A stretch of 64,000 bases of DNA from an uncultured bacterium. GTDB taxonomy: Bacteria; Krumholzibacteriota; Krumholzibacteriia; LZORAL124-64-63. The position numbers and the translations under genes were made by a program. Numbering within the stretch: position 1 is the stretch's first letter; each line of letters starts with the position of its first letter. The notes below the pieces were generated by a model that was not told where the DNA came from, did not search any database, and worked only from the letters and a program-made list of their open reading frames with translations. Below are positions 51,383 to 61,073 of the stretch, piece by piece. The DNA is taken from the NCBI GenBank assembly GCA_963732385.1, contig CAVSZB010000007.1, positions 800,001-864,000 on the forward strand, in the 5' to 3' direction.

Positions 51383-52623
51383 GCGCGTCCTCCCGCGCTG
51401 AACTCCGGCAGGTCGACCCGCACGCGAGTGATGCCCGGACCGTTCATGTCGACGACCGTGAAGCGGGCACCGCCCGCTTCGACCCGATCGCCACGCCGCG
51501 CGATGCGCCCGAGACGGGACATCAACAGGCCGGCGATGGTCACGTACTCCGGCGACAATTCGAGGGTCGTGCCGCAGGCATCGTTTACCGCGCGCAGGTC
51601 GAGTCTTCCCGACACGATCCAGGCCGCTTCGCCAATCTGGAACGCCTCGGGATCGACGCGGTCAGACTCGCCGCCGATCGCTCCGGTCAGGGCCCGCAGA
51701 CAGTCATCGAGTGTGACGATGCCGGTGAAGTCGCCATGCTCATCCACGATCATCGCCAGATGCACCCCCCCGGTGCGCAATTCCGTCAGCAGCGCCACCA
51801 CCTGCTTGCTTTCCGGCGCGAACAGCGGCGGACGCAGTCCCGTCTCGAGCGGCCGCGCCGCTTCAGCGTCCGCGAGCAGATCCTTGAGGTGGAAGAAGCC
51901 GAGCGGGTGGGCGCGCCCCAGCTCCGTCACCGGGAAGCGGTTGAAACCGGTGACGCGGGCCACGCGCAGGATCTCCGCCCGGTCGAGCCCGCGGTCCAGA
52001 GCCACGACAGCGGTCCGCGGCGTCATTATCTGACGCACCTCGAGCCGCTGCAGGACAAGCAGACGGGCCAGAAAATGCCCCTCCGTCTCGCTCAGCGCGC
52101 CGTCCTCCACCGCGATTTCGCAAGCTGTCTCCAACTCGGCCGGCGTGAAGGGGCGCGAGCCGGGCCCCACGCCGGGCAACAGATCGAGGAGGCGGGCGGT
52201 GCCGCCCGCGATCACGTCGAGCACCGGCTTGATCACGATCAGCCACCCCGCCAGGACCGGCCGCAGAGTGAGCGCCACGGGGCGGCGATAACGCATGGCG
52301 ATCAGCTTGGGGGTGATTTCGCAGCCGAGCAGCAGGAGCAGGGTGATGGTCGGGACAGCCAGCACCACGCCGGACGGTCCGAAGCGGTCAATCAGCGCCA
52401 CGGTGCCAACCACGCTCGCCCCGGTGTTCACGAGAAGATTGCCGATCAGGAGCGCCGGCAACAACCGCCGCGGCTGGTGCACGAGCGACACCACGCCGCG
52501 GCCGTCGGCGCCATGGCGCACGAGCTCGGCCAGTTCGGTCTGACGCAGGGAGAAAAAAGCCGTCTCGGCGGCCGAGAAAAGCGCGGACAACAGCAGCAGG
52601 ACAACCAGCAGCAGAAGATCCAC
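51379..52623 (-). CDS. CNNM (DUF21) + CBS + CorC/HlyC protein (hemolysin/Mg2+ transporter family)
   Basis: SALFSAAETAFFSL, LIGNLLVN, EITPK, IMTPR, VDEHG, TIAGL; GTG start at 52623. Confidence 0.88.
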   Translation of the reverse strand: MDLLLLVVLLLLSALFSAAETAFFSLRQTELAELVRHGADGRGVVSLVHQPRRLLPALLIGNLLVNTGASVVGTVALIDRFGPSGVVLAVPTITLLLLLGCEITPKLIAMRYRRPVALTLRPVLAGWLIVIKPVLDVIAGGTARLLDLLPGVGPGSRPFTPAELETACEIAVEDGALSETEGHFLARLLVLQRLEVRQIMTPRTAVVALDRGLDRAEILRVARVTGFNRFPVTELGRAHPLGFFHLKDLLADAEAARPLETGLRPPLFAPESKQVVALLTELRTGGVHLAMIVDEHGDFTGIVTLDDCLRALTGAIGGESDRVDPEAFQIGEAAWIVSGRLDLRAVNDACGTTLELSPEYVTIAGLLMSRLGRIARRGDRVEAGGARFTVVDMNGPGITRVRVDLPEFSAGGRA

Positions 52624-52685
52624 TGACTCTCGCCGCTCCCCTCGCGCGATGCCCGCGCCGTTCACAGCGGAGCATAGCCGGTTCC

Positions 52686-52715
52686 TTGACACCCCGCAAG
52701 CGCCCCCGCTAAGAT
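52686..52715 (+). promoter_or_regulatory. Sigma70-type promoter for the LPS gene cluster
   Basis: TTGACA-18 nt-TAAGAT. Confidence 0.6.
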
Positions 52716-52732
52716 GACGCGGCCGCCCGATC

Positions 52733-53863
52733 ATGCTGCGAAGGAGCCCGTTGTCCCGCACCCTCATCATCCGCTTCGGTTCCCTGGGCGACCTCTGCCT
52801 GCTCGCCTGGTCCCTCAGCGGGCAGGACGCCGTTGCCCGCGCTGACGGCACGCCGCGCCCGCGGATCACCCTGGCGGTGAAAGCCGCCTTCGCCCCGCTC
52901 ATGGCCACCGTGCCGGGGGTGGACGTCGTGGCGCCGCTGGACGGGCCGGGGTGGCGCGACCTCTGGCAGCTCGCCCGCTGTCTGCGGCGCGAACGCTTCG
53001 ACACCGTGCTCGACGCGCACGGCGTCCTGCGCAGCCGGTTGCTCTGTCTGCTGCTGGGCCGATGGCCGGCGCGCCGGATCGTCAAGGACACCGTTGCGCG
53101 GCTGGCGCTGCTGCGCTCCAGCCAGGCCGGCGGCGCCCGCCTCGCGCCACCGCCGCCCGCGCTGCGTCGCACCATGTTGCGGCGCTTCGACGAAGTCGTG
53201 TCGCCCATCGGGAGCGTCGCTCTGGAGACCACGCCGCACGGCGTCGGCCCCGGCGCCGCCCTGCTGGCGGCGGGACGCGGCGGCGCCCTGCGGCCGCGTG
53301 GGCCGGCGGACGGCGCCCGGAAAGCGCGGATCGGTTTCGCGCCCGGCGCGCGGTGGGACACCAAGCGCTGGCCGTCCGGGCACTGGGCGGATCTGCTGCG
53401 CCGCCTGCGGGAGGTCACGGATCTGCCGGTGGAGATCTTCCTCGGCGCGCGGGAGCGGGCCTGGTTCGCCGACGGACCGCTGGCGGACGCGGTCGCCACG
53501 GCCGGCAACGTGGCCGTAGCGACGGATCTGCCGCTGCCTGAGCTGGCGCAGCGCCTCGGCGCCTGCCGGGTGGTCGTCACCAATGACAGCGGCCTGCTCC
53601 ACCTGGCCGAAGCGGCCGGCACGCCGGTGCTCGCCCTCTTCGGACCAACGGTGCGCGCTTTCGGCTACTTCCCGCTGCTGCCGGGCAGCCGGGTGCTGGA
53701 GCGCGAACTGGCCTGCCGTCCCTGCTCCCGCAACGGTCGCCGTCCCTGCTGGCGCGGGGACCTGGCCTGTTTGGCGGAGATCAGCCCCGATGCGGTCCTG
53801 GCCGCGCTGCTCGCCCTGCCCGCTCTTGCGGACGCCGGCGCGCCGGGGGGGCCTCATGGCTGA
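52733..53863 (+). CDS. Glycosyltransferase family 9 (ADP-heptose:LPS heptosyltransferase-like)
   Basis: IIRFGSLGD, PGARWDTKRWP, TNDSGLLHLA, ALFGPT, CRPC. Confidence 0.9.
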   Translation: MLRRSPLSRTLIIRFGSLGDLCLLAWSLSGQDAVARADGTPRPRITLAVKAAFAPLMATVPGVDVVAPLDGPGWRDLWQLARCLRRERFDTVLDAHGVLRSRLLCLLLGRWPARRIVKDTVARLALLRSSQAGGARLAPPPPALRRTMLRRFDEVVSPIGSVALETTPHGVGPGAALLAAGRGGALRPRGPADGARKARIGFAPGARWDTKRWPSGHWADLLRRLREVTDLPVEIFLGARERAWFADGPLADAVATAGNVAVATDLPLPELAQRLGACRVVVTNDSGLLHLAEAAGTPVLALFGPTVRAFGYFPLLPGSRVLERELACRPCSRNGRRPCWRGDLACLAEISPDAVLAALLALPALADAGAPGGPHG

Positions 53864-55157
53864 CCGTGCGTGCGCGCTGCCGCTGCTGCCCTACCGGCTG
53901 CTCGCCCCGGCGATCGCCGCGGCCCTGCCGCTGGGACGCCCCTGCTCCGCCAAGCTGCGCGACGGTCTGGACGGCCGGCAGGGCCTGTCGGCGCGGGTCG
54001 CCGCAGCCGCGCCGCGGGTGCGCGGCGCCGTCTGGTTCCACGCCGCCTCGGTCGGAGAGTACGAGCAGGCGCGCCCGGTGATCGCCGCGCTCAAGGCGCT
54101 CCCCGACGCGCCACCGATCGTCATGACGCATTTCTCCCCCTCCGGCTGGCACTACGCGATGCGGCGACCGTGCGCCGACCTGCACGAATGGCTGCCATTG
54201 GACACGCCGCGCGCCATGGCCCGCCTGCTCGAAGCGTGGCGCCCGCGCGCCCTCGTCTTCATCAAGTTCGACTGCTGGCCCAACCTCGTGCTCGAGGCGG
54301 CGCGGCGCGGGGTGCCGGTGCTGCTGCTGGCCGGCACGCTACAGCCGCGGTCGTGGCGATTGCGCTCCCCGCTGCGTCCCTTTTTCCGGGCGCTGTTCGA
54401 CCGCTTCACCGCGCTGGGCGTCTGCACGGATGACGACCGCCGCCGCTTCACGGAGCAGTTGGGGGTGCGCGCTGCGGTCACGGTCACGGGCGACACTCGC
54501 GCCGAACAGGTGATCCTGCGTTTCGAGGCGGCCGCGGGCGGCGACGCGGTCGCCCGGCTGTCGGCGCGGCCGGGGCGCCGTCTCGTGCTCGGCAGCACCT
54601 GGCCGGCTGACGAGACGCTCTGGCTGCCGGTTCTGCCCGACCTGCTCACCCGCTTCCCGGACCTGACGGTCGTGCTGGCCCCGCACGAGCCATCCTCGTC
54701 CCGACTGGACGACCTCGAGCGCCGGCTGGCGACGTGCGGCGTGGAGACGGCGCGCCTCTCGAGCCTCCCCCCGACCGCCGACGCCGGCCGGGCGGAGACC
54801 GCGCGCTGCGTGCTGGTCGACTCGGTCGGAGTGCTGGCGGAGATCTACCGCACCGGCACCCTGGCCTATGTCGGCGGCAGCTTCACGACCGGAGTCCACA
54901 ACACCCTCGAGCCGGCCGTGGCCTCCCTGCCGGTGCTGTTCGGACCGGTCATACACAACGCGGTCGAGGCGGAAATCCTCGTCGCGCAGGGCGCGGGGCG
55001 GATCGTGCGCCGCCCGGCGGAGGCGGCTGCGGCCACCGCGGAACTGCTCGCCGATCCGGCCCGGCTGACCGCCGCAGGCGCCGCGGCGCGCGCCATCGTG
55101 CTGGCCCAGCGGGGCGCCACCGGGCGCTCGCTGGCCCTGCTCCGTTCCTGCATGTAA
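53856..55157 (+). CDS. waaA: 3-deoxy-D-manno-octulosonic acid (Kdo) transferase
   Basis: WFHAASVGE, LPLD, WPNL, GSTW, LAPH, YVGGSF, HNTLEPA. Confidence 0.93.
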   Translation: MADRACALPLLPYRLLAPAIAAALPLGRPCSAKLRDGLDGRQGLSARVAAAAPRVRGAVWFHAASVGEYEQARPVIAALKALPDAPPIVMTHFSPSGWHYAMRRPCADLHEWLPLDTPRAMARLLEAWRPRALVFIKFDCWPNLVLEAARRGVPVLLLAGTLQPRSWRLRSPLRPFFRALFDRFTALGVCTDDDRRRFTEQLGVRAAVTVTGDTRAEQVILRFEAAAGGDAVARLSARPGRRLVLGSTWPADETLWLPVLPDLLTRFPDLTVVLAPHEPSSSRLDDLERRLATCGVETARLSSLPPTADAGRAETARCVLVDSVGVLAEIYRTGTLAYVGGSFTTGVHNTLEPAVASLPVLFGPVIHNAVEAEILVAQGAGRIVRRPAEAAAATAELLADPARLTAAGAAARAIVLAQRGATGRSLALLRSCM

Positions 55158-55191
55158 GTTGCCCGGCAACCCCGCCGCACCAGGAGGAAAC

Positions 55192-56178
55192 GTGCGTCCA
55201 CAAAACGCCCAGCGGATCGTCGGGAAACCGGCCGACCTCCCTGCCCCGACCGTCACCGGCCCGCGCTGGCGCCTGCCGTATGCCGCGCGTCCGCGCTTCA
55301 TCCAGATGGAGACCGTCACCGCCTGCCCGGCACACTGCCCGTTCTGCCCGCAGCACGAGATCAACCGCGATCCACCGCGCATGCCCGACGCCACCTGGCG
55401 GAAGATCGTCGATCAGACCCGCGGCCTCGGCATCACCTACCGGCCGTTCCTGACGAACGAGCCGTTCGTGGACAAACGTCAGCCGGAGATCACGGCCTAC
55501 ATCAAGCGCGGCGATCCCACCGCCCGCGTCGAGTACAACACGAATGCCTCGCTCCTGACCGCGGACCTCGGTGAGCGGCTGCTCGACGCGGGCGTCGACA
55601 TCATGCGTTTTTCCATCGACGGCTTCTCGCCCGCCACGTACGGCCCGTCGCGCGTCGGGCTCGACTATGCGCAGGTCGTGGCGAACGCCACCCGTTTCCT
55701 GGATCTGTGGGACAGGGGGGGGCACCGCGCCTCCACCTTCGCCGAGATGCGGATGATCGAGGTTCCGGAGAACGCGCACGAAGTCGAGGCCTACCGCGCT
55801 TTCTGGAAACCGCGTTGCAGCGAGGTCGTCGTCACCCAACTCTACCAGTGGCCCTGGACCGGGCAGAGGCGGGAAGACGTGGTGCGCAAGCCGTGTCTGA
55901 AGGTGCTCGACGAGATGTTCTTCTACACCGACGGCGACGCCACGCTCTGCTGCTGGGACGTGCACGGCCGCGCCATCGTGGGGAACGTGCACGAGCGGGG
56001 CGTGCTCGAGATCTGGGACGGCCACGTGACGGGACATCTGCGCGCGCTGCTCGACGACGGCCGGCGGGACCTGATCACCCTCTGTTCCCGGTGCAACGCC
56101 TACGCCGGTTTCGATTTTTCGCCATTCGCCGTAACGCCAGGGAATCGGCCCGCAACTGACGATTCCACAACGCTATAA
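55192..56178 (+). CDS. Radical SAM protein with C-terminal SPASM/Twitch-like domain
   Basis: CPAHCPFC, NEP, FSIDG, then C...DGDATLCCWD...GNV...CSRC; GTG start after AGGAGG. Confidence 0.88.
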   Translation: MRPQNAQRIVGKPADLPAPTVTGPRWRLPYAARPRFIQMETVTACPAHCPFCPQHEINRDPPRMPDATWRKIVDQTRGLGITYRPFLTNEPFVDKRQPEITAYIKRGDPTARVEYNTNASLLTADLGERLLDAGVDIMRFSIDGFSPATYGPSRVGLDYAQVVANATRFLDLWDRGGHRASTFAEMRMIEVPENAHEVEAYRAFWKPRCSEVVVTQLYQWPWTGQRREDVVRKPCLKVLDEMFFYTDGDATLCCWDVHGRAIVGNVHERGVLEIWDGHVTGHLRALLDDGRRDLITLCSRCNAYAGFDFSPFAVTPGNRPATDDSTTL

Positions 56179-56188
56179 CTATCGCGGA

Positions 56189-56896
56189 TTAACCCTGTTT
56201 CGAAGCCCCGTCTGCCGTGGCGTACGGCAACGGATCGGTCACGCCGGCGGCCGCGAACCCTCGCAGACGCAGCAGACAACTCTCGCACCGGCCGCAGGCC
56301 AGCTCCTGGCCGCTGTAGCAGGACCAGGTGAGGTGCAGGGGAGCGCCGAGTTCCCGGCCCCGCCGCACGATGTCCCGCTTGGCAAGATGGATCAGGGGGG
56401 TGCGGATCGTGATCCGGGTTTCGGGACGGGTGCCGGCGTCGACCGCGGCCTGGAACGTCTGGTAAAACGTCTCCCGACAGTCGGGGTAGCCGCTGGAGTC
56501 CTCCTCGACCGCGCCGATGAAAAGCGCGCGCGCGCCCAGGATTTCGGCCCACGATACGCCGATCGCCAGAAAGTGCGCGTTGCGGAACGGCACGTAGGTT
56601 GACGGCACGCCGCCACCGGCCGGCAGCCCCTCCTCAACCGGCAGGTCGGGATCGATCAGGCTCGAACCGCCGATCCTCCGCAGGGTGTCGAGGCTCGTCA
56701 CCAGCCGGCGGGTCACGCCATAATGATCGGCGATCGCGTGGAAGGCCCGCTCCTCGCGCGCGGCCGTGCGCTGGCCGTAGCCGACATGCAGCAGGGCCGG
56801 CGTGAACTCGCGCGCCGCCTCCGCCGCGCAGACGCAGGAATCCATGCCGCCGCTCACCAGCACCACGGCCAGTGGCCGTTGATCCGCTGACGTCAT
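56189..56896 (-). CDS. queC: 7-cyano-7-deazaguanine synthase
   Basis: SGGMDS, YGQR, TYVPFRN, GYPDC, TWSCY, CGRCESC. Confidence 0.96.
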   Translation of the reverse strand: MTSADQRPLAVVLVSGGMDSCVCAAEAAREFTPALLHVGYGQRTAAREERAFHAIADHYGVTRRLVTSLDTLRRIGGSSLIDPDLPVEEGLPAGGGVPSTYVPFRNAHFLAIGVSWAEILGARALFIGAVEEDSSGYPDCRETFYQTFQAAVDAGTRPETRITIRTPLIHLAKRDIVRRGRELGAPLHLTWSCYSGQELACGRCESCLLRLRGFAAAGVTDPLPYATADGASKQG

Positions 56897-56940
56897 CGCA
56901 GTTCCGTTCCTCCGGCCCGGCCGTGCCGGCCGCTTCCGGT

Positions 56941-57597
56941 TCACCTGCCCCGTTCACGCCCCGGCCAGAGCACCTTGTGCAACTGGATTTGGAATCGCAC
57001 GTCCAGCCGGTCGGCCAGAATCCACTCCGCCAGTTCAGACGGCGCGACCCCTGGCGCGGCGGGCGAGAACAGGACGTCCGTCGCGGCCGGCAGCCGCCCG
57101 CCCCCCCTCACCAGATCGCGGGCCCAGAGGTAGTCGGCCCGGTCGCAGATGACGAACTTCACTTCGTCGCCGGGGCCGAGGTCGCGCAGTCCCTCCCAGT
57201 CGATGACGGCAGGGTCGAGCCCGCTGCCGGGGGTCTTCACATCCACCACGCGCCGCACGCCTGCCGGAACCGCGGCCAGACCGACCGTACCGACGGTGCC
57301 GCTCGTCTCGAGCACGACCCGGTGCCCGGCGGCCAGGAGCGCGGCCAGGAACGCCGGCGCGCCGGGCTGCAGGAGCGGCTCGCCGCCGGTCACGAGCACG
57401 GTGCGGCAGCCGTATCCGGCCACCTCGGCCAGCAGCGAGGGCAGGTCGCGACGGATCCCGCCGTGAAACGCGTGGGCAGAATCGCAATAGACACAGCGAC
57501 GGTGGCAGCCGATCAGCCTCACGATCACGCAGAGTCGGCCGCTCTCGCTGGACTCACCCAGAATCGCACTGTAGATTTCACCCACCAGCAGCGCCAT
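56941..57597 (-). CDS. queE: 7-carboxy-7-deazaguanine synthase
   Basis: EIYSAILGE, GCHRRCVYCD, TGGEP, ETSG, QLHK; adjacent to queC. Confidence 0.92.
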   Translation of the reverse strand: MALLVGEIYSAILGESSESGRLCVIVRLIGCHRRCVYCDSAHAFHGGIRRDLPSLLAEVAGYGCRTVLVTGGEPLLQPGAPAFLAALLAAGHRVVLETSGTVGTVGLAAVPAGVRRVVDVKTPGSGLDPAVIDWEGLRDLGPGDEVKFVICDRADYLWARDLVRGGGRLPAATDVLFSPAAPGVAPSELAEWILADRLDVRFQIQLHKVLWPGRERGR

Positions 57598-57684
57598 ACG
57601 CCTCGCTCCAGCGCAGGGTTGGGTTTCTCCCGGGCCCGGGCGAGCATGGCAGGTGTCACCGGGACTTCAGGGGGAGCGGAAAAC

Positions 57685-58995
57685 ATGCTTAAGATAGCGC
57701 GTGCCTGTCGGGCTCACAAACCGACGGCGGAAACCGCCAGCGCCGCCGCGCGTCTGGCGATTCTCTGGCTGGCCCTGCCGGCCCTGCTCGCCGGCGGTTG
57801 CGGCCGTCGCGACGCGCCGGACCGCACTCCTGCCGTGCAGCCGGCCGGCGGGACCGTGGCCGGCCTCCCGGCGACCGACTGCGCCGTGCGCGTCGATCGC
57901 ACGGCTTTCACCGCCTATCGGAACCTGGTCGCCCGCCTGATGCGCGGCGAGCGGGTGCCGCAGGAGGCATTTGACCGGGTCTGGGCGATGCCGGCCTACA
58001 CCGCCCTGTTCGACGCCACCAGTCCCCGGCTCGTCAACACCCACATCCTCACCAACGTGACGCGGTACGTCCACGGCGGCGCCACCGCCGCGACAGCGAC
58101 GCACGACGCGCCGGACGGACGGAAGTCGCGGGCTGGCGCCGTGCCGAAGCGGAAAGACCTCGTCGATGCCCTGACCTGGGCGCGCGATAACGGGACAGCG
58201 CTCGACTCGCTGGTGAACGCGGTTTCGACCTCACCGCTCACCTGTGGCGTGCTGCCGAAGATCGCCGGCTATCTCCGGCCCGGACTGCTTCCCGACACCC
58301 TGCGCGTCCTCTTCCTCGTCGCCGGCCCCGACCTGCGCTGGACCGGCAGCGAGGTGCTCGTCGATGCCGGCGTGGCCGCTGCGGCCGGTCCCACGCGCCT
58401 GCCCAACCTGCTCGCCGCACAGCTCTACCGCGCGCTCGCGCCGCGGGACGGCCCCGAGCCGTACAAGGCCCGCAACGGCGCCGCGGCGCTGGTCGCCACC
58501 TTCGCTCAACTGCGCCGCGACGGGGTGGCGGGATGGCTCGAAGATTTTCCAGAGGTGGAGTTCGACCCCACGCACCCCCTAGTGGGCCGCTCCGATAAGG
58601 AGCGTCGCAGCTGGCACAGTCTCGCCACCCGCTCCCTCTCGGCTCTTCAGGAGATGCTGCCGGCCCTGCTGGACGATCCCGCCGTTCTTGACACGAAAGG
58701 GACGGTTATTGACGATCTGCTGCGCGGCAACCGTTCGTACAGCGCCACCGGCTACGCCATGGCGGCGCTCATCGCCACACGTCTGGGCGAGCCGCGCCTG
58801 CAGGCGGCGGCCCGCGGCACGCCGGGCGACTTCCTCGCTGCCTACCAGGAGGCCGCCACGAAAGGCGATGTTCCCGCCCTGGCCGAGCGGGCGTGGATCG
58901 CGCCGGAGAAACTGTCCGACCTCCCCCCCTTCCCGGCACCGATCTACCGCTCCCTGATGGCCATGCTTGCGCCGCCGACCGGCATAGCCCGCTGA
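57685..58995 (+). CDS. Putative lipoprotein, DUF5700/DUF2268-like zinc-peptidase fold with degenerate active site
   Basis: LLAGG-C lipobox; C-terminal GYAMAALIATRLG...FLAAYQEA resembles that family; start uncertain. Confidence 0.55.
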   Translation: MLKIARACRAHKPTAETASAAARLAILWLALPALLAGGCGRRDAPDRTPAVQPAGGTVAGLPATDCAVRVDRTAFTAYRNLVARLMRGERVPQEAFDRVWAMPAYTALFDATSPRLVNTHILTNVTRYVHGGATAATATHDAPDGRKSRAGAVPKRKDLVDALTWARDNGTALDSLVNAVSTSPLTCGVLPKIAGYLRPGLLPDTLRVLFLVAGPDLRWTGSEVLVDAGVAAAAGPTRLPNLLAAQLYRALAPRDGPEPYKARNGAAALVATFAQLRRDGVAGWLEDFPEVEFDPTHPLVGRSDKERRSWHSLATRSLSALQEMLPALLDDPAVLDTKGTVIDDLLRGNRSYSATGYAMAALIATRLGEPRLQAAARGTPGDFLAAYQEAATKGDVPALAERAWIAPEKLSDLPPFPAPIYRSLMAMLAPPTGIAR

Positions 58996-59022
58996 CGCAG
59001 CGCGCCCGGGCCACGACAGACG

Positions 59023-59054
59023 ACGGGGGCCGCGCCGGTGCGCGGCCCCCGTTT
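59023..59054. terminator. Hairpin between convergent genes (probable terminator)
   Basis: ACGGGGGCCGCGC-CGGT-GCGCGGCCCCCGT-TT, perfect 13-bp stem. Confidence 0.7.
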
Positions 59055-59099
59055 ACTGTCTCCCGTCCTCCGGCCCCCGGTGGCCGGTGAGCGTTCCGT

Positions 59100-60809
59100 C
59101 TACTGCTCGGCCAGCGTGAACCGGGGCCGGATATCGACCGGCACCCGCTCGAGACGCGACAGCGCAGCCTGCAGCTCCGGCGGCAGGACAGCGTAACGAC
59201 GGATCAGCTCCTGCGCCGCGGCATAGTCGCCCGCCGCCTGCAGGACAAGGATGCGCCGCAACAACTCCTCCGCCGCGATCCAGAACTTCGCCTTGTCGAC
59301 CCGGAAGCGACCGGTGGCGGCGTCGAAGTCGATCGCCCCCTGCTCCCGCAGGAAATTGAACTGGATGGCATTCGCCTGGCCGTGAGCCTCGGCGATCCCG
59401 AAACGGACCGAACGGAAGAGGCCGGCGAGATAGGTCACCGCCTGCCGGTCCAGATGCTCCGGTGTGAAAAATCCCTTCCCCTGCAGCTTGTAGACATCCC
59501 AGGTGCCCATCAGGTCGGCCTTGGCCTCCTCGATGGTCGCATAGGTGTCCTTCAGCTCCAGGCGGACTTCGGTGGGCCGGCCCTCCCTGACGAGGCGCCC
59601 CGGTCCGAGACCGTGGCTCATCTCATGCCACAGTGTGTGGAGGAAAAACGCCTCCGCCGAGAGATCGCCGAGCTGGTCCGCGGCGACCAGTTCCCGCGCG
59701 ATCGGCGTGAGGATCTGCGTGAACTTCGCGTTCATGACATTGCGCAGCAGCACCTTCTTGCTTCCCTTCGCCTCGCGCACCCGCTCGTCGTTGGGAAGGT
59801 TGAAGGCGATGGTCTGGATACCGGCGCGCGTATCGCCGGCGCTGAACACCTCATCGACGACGCGGATCGGAGACTCGCTGCCGCGGTGCGGATTCTTGTC
59901 GGCGTCGGGGATCGGCAACTGGCTCTCCAGCCACGGCAGTTCCTGCTTGAACGATTCCAGCCGCGCCGACTCGGCCGGATCCACCACGGTGACGAACGCC
60001 TCGAAGGCCGCCTTGAAACCGAACAGTCCGTCCTCGTAGGTCTCGTACGGGCCGATCGTGATCTCGACCGGGCTGTCGAGATCCATCCACAGCACGTCCG
60101 AGCGATAAGTATCGTCCGTCAGCAGCGCCTCTGCGCGCGCCTCGAGGAAGAGACGCAGGCTGGCGTTGTCCGTCAGGGCGGCCGCCTCGCGCAGCAGCCC
60201 GGCGCACCGCTGCAACGGCTCGCGGAAGAACTGCCCGTACGCAATGGCGATCAGCTGACCCGACCGGTCGCGACGCACCATGCTCTGCAGGCCGTTCAGG
60301 CCCGCCCCCCCCATCTGGATGCGTCCCTTCTCCGCGTCGGTCAGATCGAGCGGATAGAAGCTGGCGCCGGCCGGATGCGGCCATCCGCCCAGGAACGGCT
60401 CGCGATCCACCCGGCGATCCCACGGACCGGCGTTGAGCCAAAGGTAGTCGCGCAGCGGCCCCGCCAGCGGTCCGCCCACCAGGTCCGCGCGCGCTTCGAT
60501 GGCGGCGCGACAGGGACAGGCCTGTTCATAGAACAGATCGTCCATGATGCGCGCGGCGGCGATCAGCTTGTGCAGGACCGCCTGCTCGGTGGGCGACAGA
60601 TGCCCGATGTTCGCCGTGATCTCCGTCGGCGCATAGGCTGCCAGCCGCTCGCTCAGATCGGGCACCACCGTCGGCGCCGCGCGGCCGACCCAGCCACAGT
60701 CGAGCGGGGCCAGTTCGGGAGCGCCGGCCGGCTCCGCGCTCCCGGCGTGCGGGGCGAGCAAAAACAGGGCGGCGAGCGGGCCACACAGGCGCGGCAAAAC
60801 CGAATTCAT
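59100..60809 (-). CDS. Exported peptidase family M49 (dipeptidyl peptidase III-like, HExxH type)
   Basis: Signal peptide; IGPYETYEDG, AFNLPNDE, HEMSHGLG, EEAKAD. Confidence 0.88.
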   Translation of the reverse strand: MNSVLPRLCGPLAALFLLAPHAGSAEPAGAPELAPLDCGWVGRAAPTVVPDLSERLAAYAPTEITANIGHLSPTEQAVLHKLIAAARIMDDLFYEQACPCRAAIEARADLVGGPLAGPLRDYLWLNAGPWDRRVDREPFLGGWPHPAGASFYPLDLTDAEKGRIQMGGAGLNGLQSMVRRDRSGQLIAIAYGQFFREPLQRCAGLLREAAALTDNASLRLFLEARAEALLTDDTYRSDVLWMDLDSPVEITIGPYETYEDGLFGFKAAFEAFVTVVDPAESARLESFKQELPWLESQLPIPDADKNPHRGSESPIRVVDEVFSAGDTRAGIQTIAFNLPNDERVREAKGSKKVLLRNVMNAKFTQILTPIARELVAADQLGDLSAEAFFLHTLWHEMSHGLGPGRLVREGRPTEVRLELKDTYATIEEAKADLMGTWDVYKLQGKGFFTPEHLDRQAVTYLAGLFRSVRFGIAEAHGQANAIQFNFLREQGAIDFDAATGRFRVDKAKFWIAAEELLRRILVLQAAGDYAAAQELIRRYAVLPPELQAALSRLERVPVDIRPRFTLAEQ

Positions 60810-60930
60810 GATCGTGACTCCCTGGCTGATGTTCGGGGAGAGGGGCGCCCCGGCTGCGAACGGGCAGCTTAAACCCGTCATCGCCGCGGGACAAGCTCCG
60901 CCGTCGTGCCGACGTTACCCTTCAAAGACA

Positions 60931-60960
60931 AAGGCCCGCCCTCGAACGAGGGCGGGCCTT
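60931..60960 (-). terminator. Intrinsic terminator after tRNA-Asp
   Basis: AAGGCCCGCCCTC-GTTC-GAGGGCGGGCCTT followed by TGTCTTT. Confidence 0.75.
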
Positions 60961-60966
60961 GAATAC

Positions 60967-61043
60967 TGGCGGGAGCGACGAGACTCGAACTCGCGACCTC
61001 CGGCTTGACAGGCCGGCGTTCTAACCAGCTGAACTACGCCCCC
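60967..61043 (-). tRNA. tRNA-Asp (GTC)
   Basis: GGGGGCGTAGTTCAG...CCGGC-CTGTCAA-GCCGG...CGCTCCCGCCA. Confidence 0.96.
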
Positions 61044-61073
61044 GTGGCCTCGCCTGCGCGCGACGCGGCGAAA

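Noticed and set aside
57598..57684. Possible preQ1 riboswitch upstream of queE
   Set aside because: No recognisable preQ1 loop motif or A-rich tail by eye; an Rfam scan was not run
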